A stretch of 61,870 bases of DNA, filler included, from Chiloscyllium plagiosum (taxonomy: Eukaryota): NCBI RefSeq assembly GCF_004010195.1. It is 3 parts of one record of this genome, joined end to end, with 100 filler letters (N's around TTAATTAATTAA, not from the genome) between each part and the next. Parts side by side here need not be neighbours in the genome. Positions count along the whole stretch, not along the records: positions 31,566 to 61,870 come from NC_057717.1; 2 more parts are not named here. One strand, written 5' to 3'. Each line of letters opens with the position of its first letter. Position 1 is the stretch's first letter. The translations under genes and the position numbers were made by a program. Of the stretch, positions 36,191-49,500 are shown one piece after another. The notes below the pieces were generated by a model. That model was not told the DNA's origin and did no database searches. It saw only the letters and a program-made list of their open reading frames with translations.

Positions 36191-39100
36191 TATACATGAA
36201 CATGCTTGTTTTATTTCACTTTGCAATAGTTGCCTTGGCATTCATTTTAACAGGAACACGCCAGCCCTGTCTCCCATTTGGCAAAGCTCCTTTCACCAGC
36301 AAATAATCTCTTCCAGTCAACATTTGAAATTTCCTGCATAATACCATCAAAGTCTGCACGATATGCGTCAGAAGTGGTCTCAGTAAAACCTTGTCTAGAT
36401 GTAGCAAAATGTTGTAATGACTACACCCGATAACGTTCGCAAAAAAGGACATAATTCCATATAGCATCCTGATTACTTGCTGCAGATGCAAACCGAGTAT
36501 CAATACATTCAAATTCCTGTTGTACCGAATTCTGCAACATCTCTCCATGTTATTCTTGCTTTATCATCCCGTAATAGCACCAATATACCAGAACCCACAC
36601 AATATTATTTTTCATGAATGTTTGCTCACTAACCTCCACTTCCAGTGGCCTGTCGCAGACTCCCAAACTCCGCTGACAAATTATTGAATGACGATCTCAG
36701 TCAATGAGCTAAATGAACTCCAGTCGATTTGTCCCCACTTCCAATGAATTAACATAGATTTAATCATTGATGATCTCTCACTGATTCCAAAGGCATTTCA
36801 CTCGTTTGTACTTTAAAACCTAAAAATACACGTTAGTTTCTACTATGCATTTCCTGCTAACTTATCAGCAGTACGTCAAACTAGGTTGCAGGCTGGAAAG
36901 GTTGAATGGTGTTTTCCTGTGCTAAGTAATTATACAAAGACCTAATGACTTTATTCCACTCCTGAGCAACTCCTTAGAGGGGTTAGTGATCTCCTCCAGT
37001 CTTATTTTATAGACCTCTGCAACAGTATAAGCAGTTGCATGAGGGAAAACACACATAGATTGGGCGCATCATTTGTTCGTTCGCCATCTCCTAGAGCTAC
37101 TCAACTATTCAGAATACTCTTGATTGATCTGATTGTGGGTGAATAACCCATACCTGTTCATTCTGAACAACCATTGAGTTCGTTGCCCACCAAAGTTTAA
37201 TCGAGTTCACACTTGAATATTTTAACGGCCCAATCTTCCCTGTCCCTGGCAATGAGGGCACCACAGACAGGACAGGCTTAAGGAGAAAGTGAAATCCATA
37301 TCTCAGTGGAGTAACCCTTAACTTTAAAGTCTGTTAGCTTCACAGAAAATCAGCACCGCTTTTCAAACACAAGGGCATAACAATTAGAAGCAGATATACA
37401 CCACTCAGCCCCTCAAACCTGTCCCACTTTAACACTGACATTACAATCAAATATTCCGCAACCTCGTCCTGCACTGGGCTGTCGGTGCACGTTTAAATAT
37501 ACCATAGTACCGTATGAGGCCAAAGAAAATGGGTCAGTATCGGCTATTTCTCCACCACGTCTATTCTGGTTTTCGATTATGGCCGATATGTTTCTCAACT
37601 GCATTCTGCTGCCTTCTCCCCAACTTCGCTGTCCCTATCCATCGAAACCTACCGTTCCTGCGTGACTGCACATGGGTGTGTGTGTGTTCTCGTGCTTATG
37701 GTTGTGTGTTTCTCAGTCTGTTTTTGTCTATCTGTGTGTGTGTGTCTACACATCTCTTTGTCATACCCTTCAGACAGTCGGTGTGGACGTATTGGGACAA
37801 ATGGCTGGTTTCCACACTCCAGAGATTCTATGATTCCAGATGTATGTGTTTCAGCCTGAATGTGTGTTGTGCTCATCAATGCATCAATGTATGTCTCTCT
37901 ACATCTGCATCCCCATGCTGTTAGGTTTCTGTTGTGTTGTATAGAATTGAATGCATTCCTTTCTCTCTTTATCTGTCTGTCCCAATATTGTTTGAAATGA
38001 TGCAATGCCATCCTCTGCCAGCTGATCCAGGGCGCTGCCAAAATAACAAATGTTTTTTGAGAAGGCAACAAAAACTGTGAATGTTTCACGTTTGTTTCGT
38101 TCTTAAAAGCATGTATTTAGAAATTCTGAGCAGTTTTCTCCGAGTCTTGGCCACGTTTCCGTGAGATACTAGCAGAAGGATAAAGATATGCCTATTCCTG
38201 GCCTACATGCCACCCTGAGGTTTGCTTCAGGACTTGTGAATTTTTTGTCACCTGTAATTTAGAAAAAATATCAAACAACATTCTCGCTTGCAGGAATTGC
38301 AAGGAATTTCACGACAACCTTTTCCAAAATGCTTCGCTCGAAAACTAGCTGGACATGTTGCAGACAATCCCTCTATCAAACTCAATGGAAATGACACTGA
38401 GACAATATTTTTTAGATTCAATCAAATTATTCGAAGACTCTGCTGACCCCAATCCCAGTTACAAAGCTGCAGACAAATCTTCATCAAATATTTTCGATCA
38501 TCTGAATTCACACCAATGTAATGATCAACAATCATTCCTGGGACAACCAACATATGTTCCAATATGGTATTTATATGTCTTCATTTCAGCATTTTGAAAG
38601 CTGTGAAACCATCCATTCATAAAATGGCCTGCCAATCTTTCCATCTCTGTCTATATCCCAAACCCCTCCCATTTAATGATCCAACTGATTCCTCAAGAAT
38701 CTCTCTCTCGCAGTGATTTCCACACTGAAACCACCCCTTGTCATGGCTCAATTGAGCTTTGGAGCTGTAAATAAATGGGAGCTACACATCCCGTCAGTTC
38801 CAGAAGGGGCTGCAAGATTCCCCACGCTGTGATATTAGCAGTCTTACCGCAGAGTGCATGGGGATGGTTTGCACAGCTCCAAATTCTGGACAGATACGTA
38901 ATTCGGTTTTTCAGATCGATACACTTGAATGATTTACACAATATTCCAATTTGAAAAGAATTCTGCAATGTATTGAGCAGTACACTATCCTGATCTTCTC
39001 AGTGCCTATACTGAACAGATATCTCTCCTGGCTTTCTGGTGTCTGGGCTGGATCCGTCAGATGGATTGACAACATGGCATAACAAACCATCACAGTTGAT

Positions 39101-39474
39101 CTAGAAATGTCCTCATTTTGTGTTCAAACTCTTGTAATTGAACTTACACTCAATTAATGTTGCAGTCTGACCACGCACAATACATCATGTTGGTTAATAG
39201 CCACTACCTTGGCACAGCCAAAGCCTCTTCTTCCAGAAGCAGTCAGCCATTGCCTCGCCTTCGGGTCTCCACATACAAAGAAAGACGTCATTTCGGATGA
39301 AGGCCGTCTCCTTGAAACACGGTTGAAAGCATCCTCCATCTTACCACTTCCCAACACCAAATATCCTCATGATAATATACACGCTGTATAGACAGCAATG
39401 GGGCATTCATTCCAATGAAAATTTCCAATGCCTGAAGGGGCAAGAGTGAACGCTCCAGTATACACTGCACCACG

Positions 39475-40580
39475 ACGTTTCCACATGGTAGGCTGATGGA
39501 GAAAACGCAGAGACACGGGAGTAAGGGTGATTTCGCAGGTTGGATTAGAAACTGGCTTTCTATAAGAATGCAGCGAGTGGTGGATGACGGAAAATATTCG
39601 GCATGAAGTCCAGTTACTGGTCGTGTGCCACATGAACCGGTTTTTGGACCACTGCTGTTTGTCATTTTTCTAAATGATTTGAACGTAGGCATAGTTGAAT
39701 GGGCGAGTAAATTTGCAGTTGACACTAAAGTCGGGGAGTACTGGACTGTGAAGAAGAATGTTGCAGGTTACAGGAGGACTTGGTTAAACTGCAGAATTGG
39801 GCTCAGGTGTGGCAAATGGAGTTCAGTGCAAGTAAATACGAGGTGGTTAACTTTGGTAAGAACAATAGGAAGGCCGAATACTGAGTCAATCGAAAGATTC
39901 TTGGTAGCATGGATGTGCAGAGGGAGCTTAGAGTCCATGGACATAGATCACGAAAAGTTGCCACCCAGGTTGATAGTGCTGTTAAGAATGCATACAGTGT
40001 GTTATGTTTTATTGGTAGTGGGGCTGAGTGACAGAGCAGTAACGTCATTCAGCAACTATGCACAACGCTCGAGCGGCCTACATTCCTGGTCGCCTTATTG
40101 CGGGAAGAATGAAAACGCATTGGAAAAGTTGTAGAGGATATTTCCTAGGATGTTGTAGTCTGGAGGGAAGGTCTTATGTGGAAAGTCTGAAAGACCTGGA
40201 AAGATGAAGGCTAAGAGGGGGTTTGATCAGGACATACAAAATGACCATAGTGTTAGAAAAGCTAGACAGTGATGATGGTTTTTCCTAGGATGATGACGTC
40301 AGCTTGTACGAGGGGTGATAGCTACAAATTAAGGGTTGATAGATTTAAGATAAGTCAGATGCCTTGTCTTTACTTAGGGAGTGGTATTGGCATGAAGTGC
40401 CCTGTCTGCAAATGTAGGTAAGTTAACCACATTAGGGATATTTTTAAAATCCTTGGATAAGCACGGGGATGATGATGAAATAGTGCAGAGTGATGTGCTT
40501 AGATTTGTTCATAGGTCGGCGTATCATTGAGAGCCGAAGGATCTGATCTGCGCTGTACTGTTCTCTGCTTCATGTTCTAA
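39475..40580 (+). mobile_element. CR1 RT C-terminal half and 3' end
   Basis: FGPLLFVIFLNDL...SKFAVDTK and WSPY; 3' UTR ...CTGCGCTGTACTGTTCT. Confidence 0.88.
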
Positions 40581-40750
40581 ACCGTGTAATCTCTCTTCAT
40601 TTCAGTAATATACTCTATTCCATTCTCCATGAACAATAAATACACAATTACATTCTGTCTGTCTTCAAGATCTTTTGTCCATTGTTTATTGATTTACAAA
40701 CTGTCGATCTTTTATTGACAACTTTCCTGCCGATGTTGGTATCATTCTAA

Positions 40751-42107
40751 TATAGGTGGCATAGGATGAGGAAGGAAACTGCAGGAATGGGCACAATAAA
40801 TATCTGGAGTTTATTCAGGAAACAGATACTGTATGTCCTTGATAAGTACGTACCTGTCAGGGAGCGAGGATATTGTTGATCGCAGAAGCCGAGGTTTACG
40901 GATGAAATTGAATCTGTAGACAAGAGGAAGAAGAAGGCACATGTTAGGATGAGATGTGAAGTCTCAGTTAGGGCGATTGAAATATGCAAGTTAGCCAGAA
41001 AAGACCGAAAGAAAGAGCTAAGACCAGCGTGGAGAGGACAGTGTTGGCAGTTCGAATCAGGCAAATCCTTAAAGCTTTCTGTTGGTGCATGAGAATGACT
41101 AGATTAGGATTAGCGCCAATCACGGACAGTAGTGGGATATTACGTGCGGAATCAAAGGGGAAAGTGGAAGCGCGAAATGAACATTTTTGTGAATATTGAA
41201 ACTGGAAAATGCAATGCCGACGAGGAGAATACTGAGAAACAAGCTGCTAGACTAGATGGGATCGAAGTTAACAAGGAGGCATTGTTAGAAATTCTGGAAG
41301 GTGTGAAAATAGATAACTCCTGCAGAGGTAGCAAATGGAGTTTAAAACAGAAAAGTGCGAGGTGATTCACTTTGGAATGATTAACATGAATGCAGAGTAC
41401 AGGGCGAATGGTAAAATTGTTTTTAATGTGGAAGAGCAGAGAGATTTCCGTATGCATCTTCTGAGATCCCTCAAAGTTGCCACCCAGGTTGATAGAGCTG
41501 TTAAGAAGGCTTACGTTGTGTTAGCTTTTCTTAGGAAAGCGATCGATTTTCGGAACCATAAGGTCATGCTGCATCTATACAAACTCTGGTGCGGCCTTAC
41601 TTGAGGTATTCCGTGCAGTTCTGGTCACCACTTCACAGAAAGGATGTGCGATCTTTGCAAAGGGTTCGGAGGAGATTGTCTAGGATATTGCGTGGTATGG
41701 AGGGAAAGTCCTGTGAGGAACGGTTCAGGGAAAGGAGGCTGTTTTCGTTAGAAAGAATTAGGTTGAGAGGTGACTTAATTGAGAAATATAAGATGATCGT
41801 GTGGACAGTGAGAGCCTTTTTTCCCAAAGATGAGGGGACATATCTTCAAATTGAGGGGTGATAGATATAGGACAGATGTCGGAGGTAGTCTCTTTCCTCA
41901 GAGAGGAGTAGGGGCTTCGAACGCACTGCCTCCAACAGTTGTCGATTCGTCCACTTTATTGGCACTTAAATGGTCAGTGTATCGGCGTATGGACTACAGT
42001 GGAATAGTGTCGGTTATATGGGCTCAGGTTGGATTCACAAGGCGGCGCAACATCGAGAGCCGAAGGGTCTGTACTGCTCTGTAATGTTCTGTGTTCTCAC
42101 GTTCTAA
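40751..42107 (+). mobile_element. CR1 with an internal deletion (linker region joined to the RT C-terminus)
   Basis: MEFKTEKCEVIHFG...SLKVATQVDRAVKKAY, YSVQFWSP, and tail GTTCTGTGTTCTCACGTTCT. Confidence 0.88.
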
Positions 42108-42891
42108 ATTTGGTTAGAATTATTTTGTTATATTTATCCACATCGCAAATAGATATTGCACATTTGTGAGGATCCAGCACTCGTGAATATGTCTCGTCAG
42201 TAGTTAATTTCTGTAAAAGCGATTAAATGTAATTTGTCCCTCTTTTAATCCTGCTTCTGGCCCAGTCACCAGTTCTCCCTCTATTCCCGTGGATGAGCTT
42301 TGAAAAACTTAATGGTCCCTCCCATTTCGAATGCTCCCAGGAGATAGAAATAAATTTGTTCCAATTGCTGAGTAACAGGCTCAAGTGTTTTAATGGTCTT
42401 GTTCTGTTGCTGTTTAAAACTCTTTGTTGAATGAAGAGACTGCTTCAATATATGTGAATTGTTCTGAACATTTTGGGCCAGCGGTGAACTGCTCACTTTT
42501 GACTTTATGATGGAGAATTAATTGGATGTAATGCCACATCACGCAGTGGGTGGGATCATCAATATAAGGCTGAGATTTTTTTCTCCACCAGGACTGTGTG
42601 CTGGATGCTTCTTCAAATCCTATTAAGGAAAAATACATCTATGACAAGTAATTTGATGTGCATCTTTACCTCTTGTTGGTTCCCCGATCATTTCCTACAG
42701 TTAGTCTGCGAGGTATTTGAGGCCTGGCCCTGTTCAGCCAGTGGTGGGCCTGATGAGATACTCTTAGCGATTAGCATTGAAATCCCACATGCTGAGTACG
42801 TTCTGTGACCAAGTCATCTGCAACACTGCCTCTGATTTGTTTTCAATATTAAGGAGAACAGATTTATCAACGAGAGTTGATGTCCATCATT

Positions 42892-43182
42892 GCCACCAAC
42901 CAACCCAACCGTCCTGTGGCTGAACGCTTTAGCTTCCCCTCCCACACCACCAAGGACATGCAGGTCCTTGGCCTCCTACATCGCCAGACCATGGCAACAC
43001 GACGCCTGGAGCCTCCTCCCTACCTTTTATCTTAGCCTGCTTGGCACACCTTCCTCATTCCTGAAGAAGGGCGTATTCCCGAAACGTCGTTTCTCCTGCT
43101 CCTTGGATGCTGAATGACCTGCTGCGCTTTTCCAGCACACATTTTTCAGCTCGGATCTCCAGCATCTGCAGTCCTCACTTTC
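42892..43182 (+). mobile_element. Short Penelope 3' fragment with an intact hammerhead core and a 9-bp TSD
   Basis: TCCATCATT occurs at 42883-42891 and 43183-43191. CTGAAGA-AGGGCGTATTCCC-GAAAC-GTC is at 43061-43088. Confidence 0.85.
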
Positions 43183-43968
43183 TCCATCATTACTTGATTG
43201 CCTTGATCAATTCTGAACTGTTTTAATGTTTTTTTTATTTCTGGGATTGATGTTGAGGAATTACCCGGTAACTCCTTTCCTGACTGCATCCCATTACCAG
43301 TGGTGGGTCTGTCCTGGTGGTGGGAGAGAATAAAATGCAGGATGGTGAGCGGGCTTCAGGAAATATTACCAATCAGGTCTGATCTTTTGAGTATTGTGAT
43401 GTCAGACTGTTCACTGACAGTTCAATATGAGGAATAAAGGTTACAATGGAGCAGGAAATAACGGGTTAAAATTTTGAATGATTGGCACTCTATCGGAATG
43501 TATGTAGTATTCTCAAAACACGTGAGAAATTCAATGTATGAATTGAGATAAATGGATATGATTTAATGTCATAAGAAAGACATGGCTGCTGGGAATGGAA
43601 TATCCAGAACATTTTACAGCTGCAAGTATAAAACAGAACTGAATAAGACGTGGCGGCATTCCATGAATATGGAATGATATCTGTATGGACATGAAACAGA
43701 TTTATGCATCAAATGATAAAGGTATCGTTTTTCTTGTCATTTAGAAAATGCCAGTTCAGTTGAGTTCGAGACATATTCCCAGCGTGAGGCTGAGTGAACC
43801 ACACCAAACCGAAGTGGCAGAGGAGTATTTATGATGCTCGTCTTTATGACTGCATCATTCGATACCCGACAATCCCTGAAACGTAATGCACCCGGCATTA
43901 CTGACATCCCCCAGAACATTCTTTATTCGACATTCGACAGAACATTCTATACATGAACATACAATATA

Positions 43969-44243
43969 GTGGGCAGCACGGTGGCACAGCAGTTAGCACT
44001 GGTGCCTCACAGCGCCAGAGTTCCGCGTTCAAATCCCGCCTCAAGCAACTGTCTGTGTGGCGTTCGCACATTCTTCCCGGGTGCTCCGACTTCCTCTCGC
44101 AGTCCAAAATTGTGCAGTTAGATGAATTGGCCATGCCCGGAGAGTTAGATGTCGGGGAATGGGTCTGGGTGGGTTGATCTTTGGAGGGTTGGTGTGGATT
44201 TGTTGGGCCGAAGGGCCTGTTTCCATGCTGTAAGTAATCAAAT
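43969..44243 (+). mobile_element. HE1/V-SINE
   Basis: GGGCAGCACGGTGGCACAGCAGTTAGCAC...GTTCAAATCCCGCC, V-domain, and 3' GGGCCGAAGGGCCTGTTTCCATGCTGTAAGTAATCAAATC. Confidence 0.9.
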
Positions 44244-44843
44244 CATGAGCATCCCTGGGGTATTCTATAATTGACTTCATTTGTGAACGGTCGGGGTTCA
44301 GTGAATTAAAAAAATGGTAATATCCCCAGGGAACAGTTTCTGTACCAGAGAGAATAAGACACTGATCGGAAGAGCCCTCAGGCAGTGAAAGTGGTGAATA
44401 TGCTTTCCAAGAGTTTACATTGCTTCACAACAATGGATCAGCCACAATTTAGACTAAACGGCAGAAGATTCCAATCTCTGGCTGCCTTCAAGGAAATGGT
44501 AGGGAACTATTCAGGTCAGCAAAGTTTTCACCCTTTGAATTAGAAACAGGAAAACAGGTGACCTGTGTCTGCTCTCGAGTGATCGAGTGTATGGGAATAT
44601 TTTCGGATTCAACTGTTATTGCATGTGACTCTGTCTCTGCGTGTTGAGGAGGGAAGGTTTCTTGTGGTTTACATCAGATTCGCGGCATAAACACAAAAAC
44701 TACCTTTTTCAAATTTGCAGATCCAATAATGTCAATATATTTTTGAATAACGTGACTTATTTTAAAATCTCACTCTCACTTCAATTAATCTGGTAATTTT
44801 GCCTTGAGGATGACGTATAATTTGTGTGTTTTCCTTCCTCAAG

Positions 44844-45740
44844 TTAACTTGGTGACGACCTACGTTCTGCTTTATAAAGATTGTGGATTGTCTCCATGTG
44901 TCAGACGTTACCTGGCGGCCATGGCAGTGGCGGATCTCCTGGTTATTGTTCTCGACCTGATATTGAGGCACATTCCCATTGCTTATCCGGAAGAATTTTA
45001 TTTCCTGTGGCGCTCCATTCCCGTGTGTAATATTCACGCAATCCTGCTTTATACAACTACTGACTGTTCTGTCTGGTTTACAGTCACTTTCACCTTTGAT
45101 CGGTTTGTGGCCATTTCTTGCCAGAAGATGAAAAGTAAATATTGCAGTGAGAGAACGGCGGCTTTGGTTTTGGGAATAGTAACTTTGCTAAGCTGCTTAA
45201 AGAACATTTTCTGGTATTTTATTCTCACTGGTGAGTATGTGCTGAGGAACATGCCCTGGTTTTGTTGGGTGAAGAAAAAAGTTCGATACTCCCGTGTCTG
45301 GGGAACAATCGAGTTGCTCCACTACATTCTAACACCAGCTCTCCCTTTTCTCCTAATATTGTTGTTCAACGTTTTCACCATCAAACACATTTTAGTGACA
45401 AGCAGAGCCCGCAGGAGACTCCGCGCTCACACCAATGGGGGCGCTCAGTTCGGCAAAGAAATGAGAAATACAAAGAAAACTACCAGTTTACTGTTTGTGA
45501 TCTCGGGCAATTTCATCCTTTTATGGTCGATATTAATGGTGTATTCTATATGGAACTGGATACATTATATTGTGGATACCCCCGTATATCTCCATCACTT
45601 TGTGCTGACATTGGGGTTCATGCTGCAGCTTCTCAGTTGTTGCACAAACTGTGACCCAGACTAAGTTCAGACAGCAGCTGAAGAATGTGGTGATACACCT
45701 CTTTACCAAAGTTCATCAATCAATCAAATTCACTCATTAA
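44844..45740 (+). pseudogene. GPR139/GPR142-like class A GPCR, main coding exon, frameshifted in TM7
   Basis: Acceptor ttttccttcctcaAG|TTAAC. ORF 44804-45664 contains YLAAMAVADLLV, IPVCNIH, DCSVWFTVTFTFDRFVAISC, ELLHYILTP and LQLLSCCTN. The homologous C-terminus VTQTKFRQQLKNV...FTH* continues in another frame to 45740. Confidence 0.88.
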
Positions 45741-46169
45741 TCAGTTCATTTAGGATTTTCTCATTTCAGTTCCATGTTTCAGCAATGACGAAACCTGTCA
45801 CGATGATAACAGACTGAGGGTAGTTCTGTTTTCTACAACTTCATCCCACAGGGGCTTCCATGAACACATTTCAAGATTTACTTCAACACAGACGCCAGTG
45901 AGAAAGGACACCGCCCCACTGACTTTATCTATCCTTTCAATTGGTAAACAATAAAAAATGTTAAGAAGTGCCAAGCAGCAGCGAGAACGATATTGTTATT
46001 TGTCTTCATGGTGAAGAAGCTGAGCTGGGGAGAAACAGACTTAGCCCCACGTCCTGGTGCTCATGGAAGGGAGGAGAAAAGGAACGAGCTCAGTAGTTGA
46101 GTATAAGTCGCTCTGTCCTTGCTTTCACCTCTGGGTTACCCGCTTAGGTCTGACTTCGGCATAATTCAT

Positions 46170-46375
46170 CTCTCTCCAATTTTCCTTCTCCCTTCATATC
46201 TCCCTTCCACTCTCACACATTCTCTCTCGCTCTCCTCCTCCCGTTTACTCAGTCTATTTCGCTGTCCGCCCCTCGCCCATTCTCTTTCACTCTGTCTTCA
46301 TCTTGCGCATTTCTACGTTGCAATCTCCCTCTGTCAAACCTCTCTATCTCTTCGCCTCTCTCGCCTTCTTTTGCT
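46170..46375 (+). repeat. CT-rich low-complexity tract
   Basis: Pyrimidine-rich (TC)n-like sequence. Confidence 0.6.
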
Positions 46376-46599
46376 AAGGTAACGGGGTTGGGTAGAGATT
46401 CTGGCCGTTGTTAGTTTAACAGTGTAGGAGTTGCACTAAAGTTGTTGCTAGGGGCACAGTGCATGTGCGCAGACTGACTTTTACTTGGAGCTGAACATGG
46501 GGATGGCACTACAGACCGTTGCTGGGGTGTAGGGGTGGAACAACAGACTATTATGCATGGAACACATTGCATGTGGACCACTGACTGTCTCTAGGAAGA

Positions 46600-49500
46600 G
46601 ATTGGGGATAGGGTCAATGACGATTTGAATTGATTAACGCGGCATATGTATGCAGACCATGCTGATGGAAGAAAATGTACAAATGATGCAGTGTGATGGT
46701 GGCGCAGTATACAGGGGAGTGAGCATGACGGTGGTGGAGTGTCCGGGGGAGTGATCGTGTAGCTGAGGGGAGAGTACGAGGGAGTCAGTATGATGATGCA
46801 GCAGTGTTCAGAGGGTGAGCTTGACGGTGGGAGAGCAAACGAGACAGTGAGTGCTTTGGTGGGCGAGCATGCGGCGAGTGAGCACAATTGTGGAAGGGTA
46901 TGTTGCCGAGTGAGTGTGAGGATGGAGAAGGGAGTAGTGCAGTGTTCGAGACAGAAGCAAGTGTGCCAGGGACTGAGTGTTACAATGTGGACTGTGCCGA
47001 GCAATGAACATGATGGTGGGGGAGTGAAAGAGGAAGTGAGTTTGAAATTGGGACAATGCGCAGATGAATGGGCGTGAAATCACCAGAGTCTGCAGAGGAG
47101 AATGAATGTCATGGTTAGGGAATATGCAGGGGAGTGAGCACGATGGTTGAGGAGTGGGCAGGAAAGCGAGTGGGTCAGTGGTAATAGGTGCAGAATGAAT
47201 GCATGCTAAGTTGGGCCAGTGTGCAAGCGTGCGAAAATCGCGGTGGGGGTGAGGTGCAGTCCATTTAACAGTGGTGAAGTGTAAGGTGCAATGAGCGTGA
47301 TGTGGGGGAGATTGCGGGAGAGTGAGTGTAACAGCAGGGGAGTATGCAGTGATGGTGGAGGGAAGTGCAGCGAAGTGAATGTTACGGTTGGGGAGCAGGC
47401 GAGGATGTGTGCAGGGGAGTAAGCGAGACAGAGGACAATGTGCCCTTAAGTGAGCATGATGGTAGTGTACTCTGTGTAGGAGAGAACGTGGCAGTGGGAG
47501 AGTTTGAAAGCGAGTGAGCATGATGGTGGGAGAGTGTGTGGGGCAGTGAAGATGCCGGGGGGTTGGGGCTTGTTGGGGCATGTCAGCATGACCGTGGTGC
47601 AGAGTGTGGCGCAGTGACCTTGATGGTGGGTAGTGCATGGGCGAGTGAGCGTGACTCTGGGGCAGTGTTTAGGAGAGTGAGCTTGATGGGGTTGGAGAGT
47701 GACTCTGACGGGTAGAGGGAGCCGAAGTTTGGGGATTGTGCAGGGGAGTGAGCGTGACGTTGGAGGAACGTCCAGGACAGTGCACGTGAGATTCCTGCAG
47801 TGTGCAGGGGTGTGAGGATGGCATTGAGGTTTGCAGGGCACTGCGTATGACGGTGAGGGAGTGTGCGGGGCAGTGAGCTCGACGTGGAAGAGTGTCAAGC
47901 GAGTGACTGCTATGTTGGGGGAGAGTGAACATGACAGTGTGAGGCAGCAAGCTTGATGGTGGTGGATTATGCAGGGGAATCAGCATGGGAGCGTACGGGG
48001 CAGTCAGTGTGATGGTGGTGGAATGTGCGAGGCAGTAACCATGACTATGAGGGAGTTTGCGGAGGAATGATTGTGATGGTGGGGAAGTGTGCAGGAGAGT
48101 GACCATGATGGTGGGAGAGTATGCGAGGCAATGACCATGACTGTGCAGGAGTGTGGTGGGGGGAGGAGAACTGCGTTTGGTATTGATTGAGTGTGTTGGG
48201 CAGTAGGTGTGATTTTGGGAGAGGGTGTGCAGGAGTGAACGTGATGTGTGAGTGGGCAGCAGAGTGATTGTGATCGTGGTGGATTGCGCCAGAAGGTAGT
48301 TGTGAAATTGGGCGGAGTGTTTGGTGGAACAATCGTGACGTTCGAGAAGTGTACGGTTAAGTGAGCGTGATGGTGCCGGCGGATGCCGGAAATACAGATT
48401 GAAGGTGGAGGGGAGTGCCAGGAAGTGAATGGGGTTGTGGGGAATTTGTGTGGAATGAGCGTGATGAATTTTGTGGGGATGCCAGCATGATGTTGGCGGA
48501 ATGTGTGAAGGAGTGACTGTGAGGAAGTGTGCAGGGAAGGCAGCGTGACAATGTGGGCAGGTGTGATGAAATAAGCAAGACACCAGTAGTGTTTGCGTGG
48601 TGTGAACGTCACTGTGGAAGAGGGTACAATTCAGTGAGGGTGAGAGTGGGGGAGAGTGCACGACTGTCAGCGTGATGGTGAGTGAATGTGCAGTGGAATG
48701 GGTGTGACACTTGGGCTGTGTGTGGCGCAATGAGAGGGACAGTGGTGAAGAGCATGACTCAGTGAGCATAATGACAGTGGAGTGTATGGAAGAGGGCCCA
48801 TGATGTTGGGAGAGTGTGCTGTTGAGTGAACGTGACGTTGGGAGAGGGTGCGGGGACTGAGCGTAAACGTGAAGGAGTGTGCAAGGATGTGAGTATGACA
48901 GTGATATAGCGTATGCCGGCGGAGGAGTGTGCTGGGTTGTGTGAATTACTGTGGGTGTAAGTATGATGGACTGAACGTGACGGTTGGTGAGTGTGCGGAG
49001 CAGTGAGCCTGAAGGACAGCAAGTGTGGAAGAAATGAATATGATGTTACGGGATAGCACAGGTAAGGATCTTGGCGGTGGGGGAGTGAGCAGGACAGTGA
49101 GTGAGATTGTTTGAGATTGATGGTGACGGAGTGAGTGGGGGATGAACCTTGATGGTGGGGGTGTGAACGTTATGTTGCATGTGGTTTGGGAATTCAGCAG
49201 GACTGTGCGATAGTTTGTCAAAGATGATCTTGAGAGGATTATCTGGGCAAGTGACTGTGATGGTTGGCGCATGTGTGGTGGAGTGTGCATAATGCTGGAG
49301 CAGTGTGCGGGGAATGAGAGTGACACTGCGGGAATGTGCAGCATAGTGAAAGTGATGGTGCAGACGATGCGAGAGCGTGCAGGTGACGATGGGACAATGT
49401 GTTTGGGTGTGAATGTAACCGTGTGGATTTAACGGAGCAGTGATCATGATGGTGGAAGAGTATGTGCAAAATTAATTCTGGCTGTGGAGGAGCATGCGCG

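Noticed and set aside
40630..40755. Possible first exon of the plus-strand GPCR (…FPADVGII)
   Set aside because: It matches the YYP.L..IG.P pattern poorly and has no convincing donor site.
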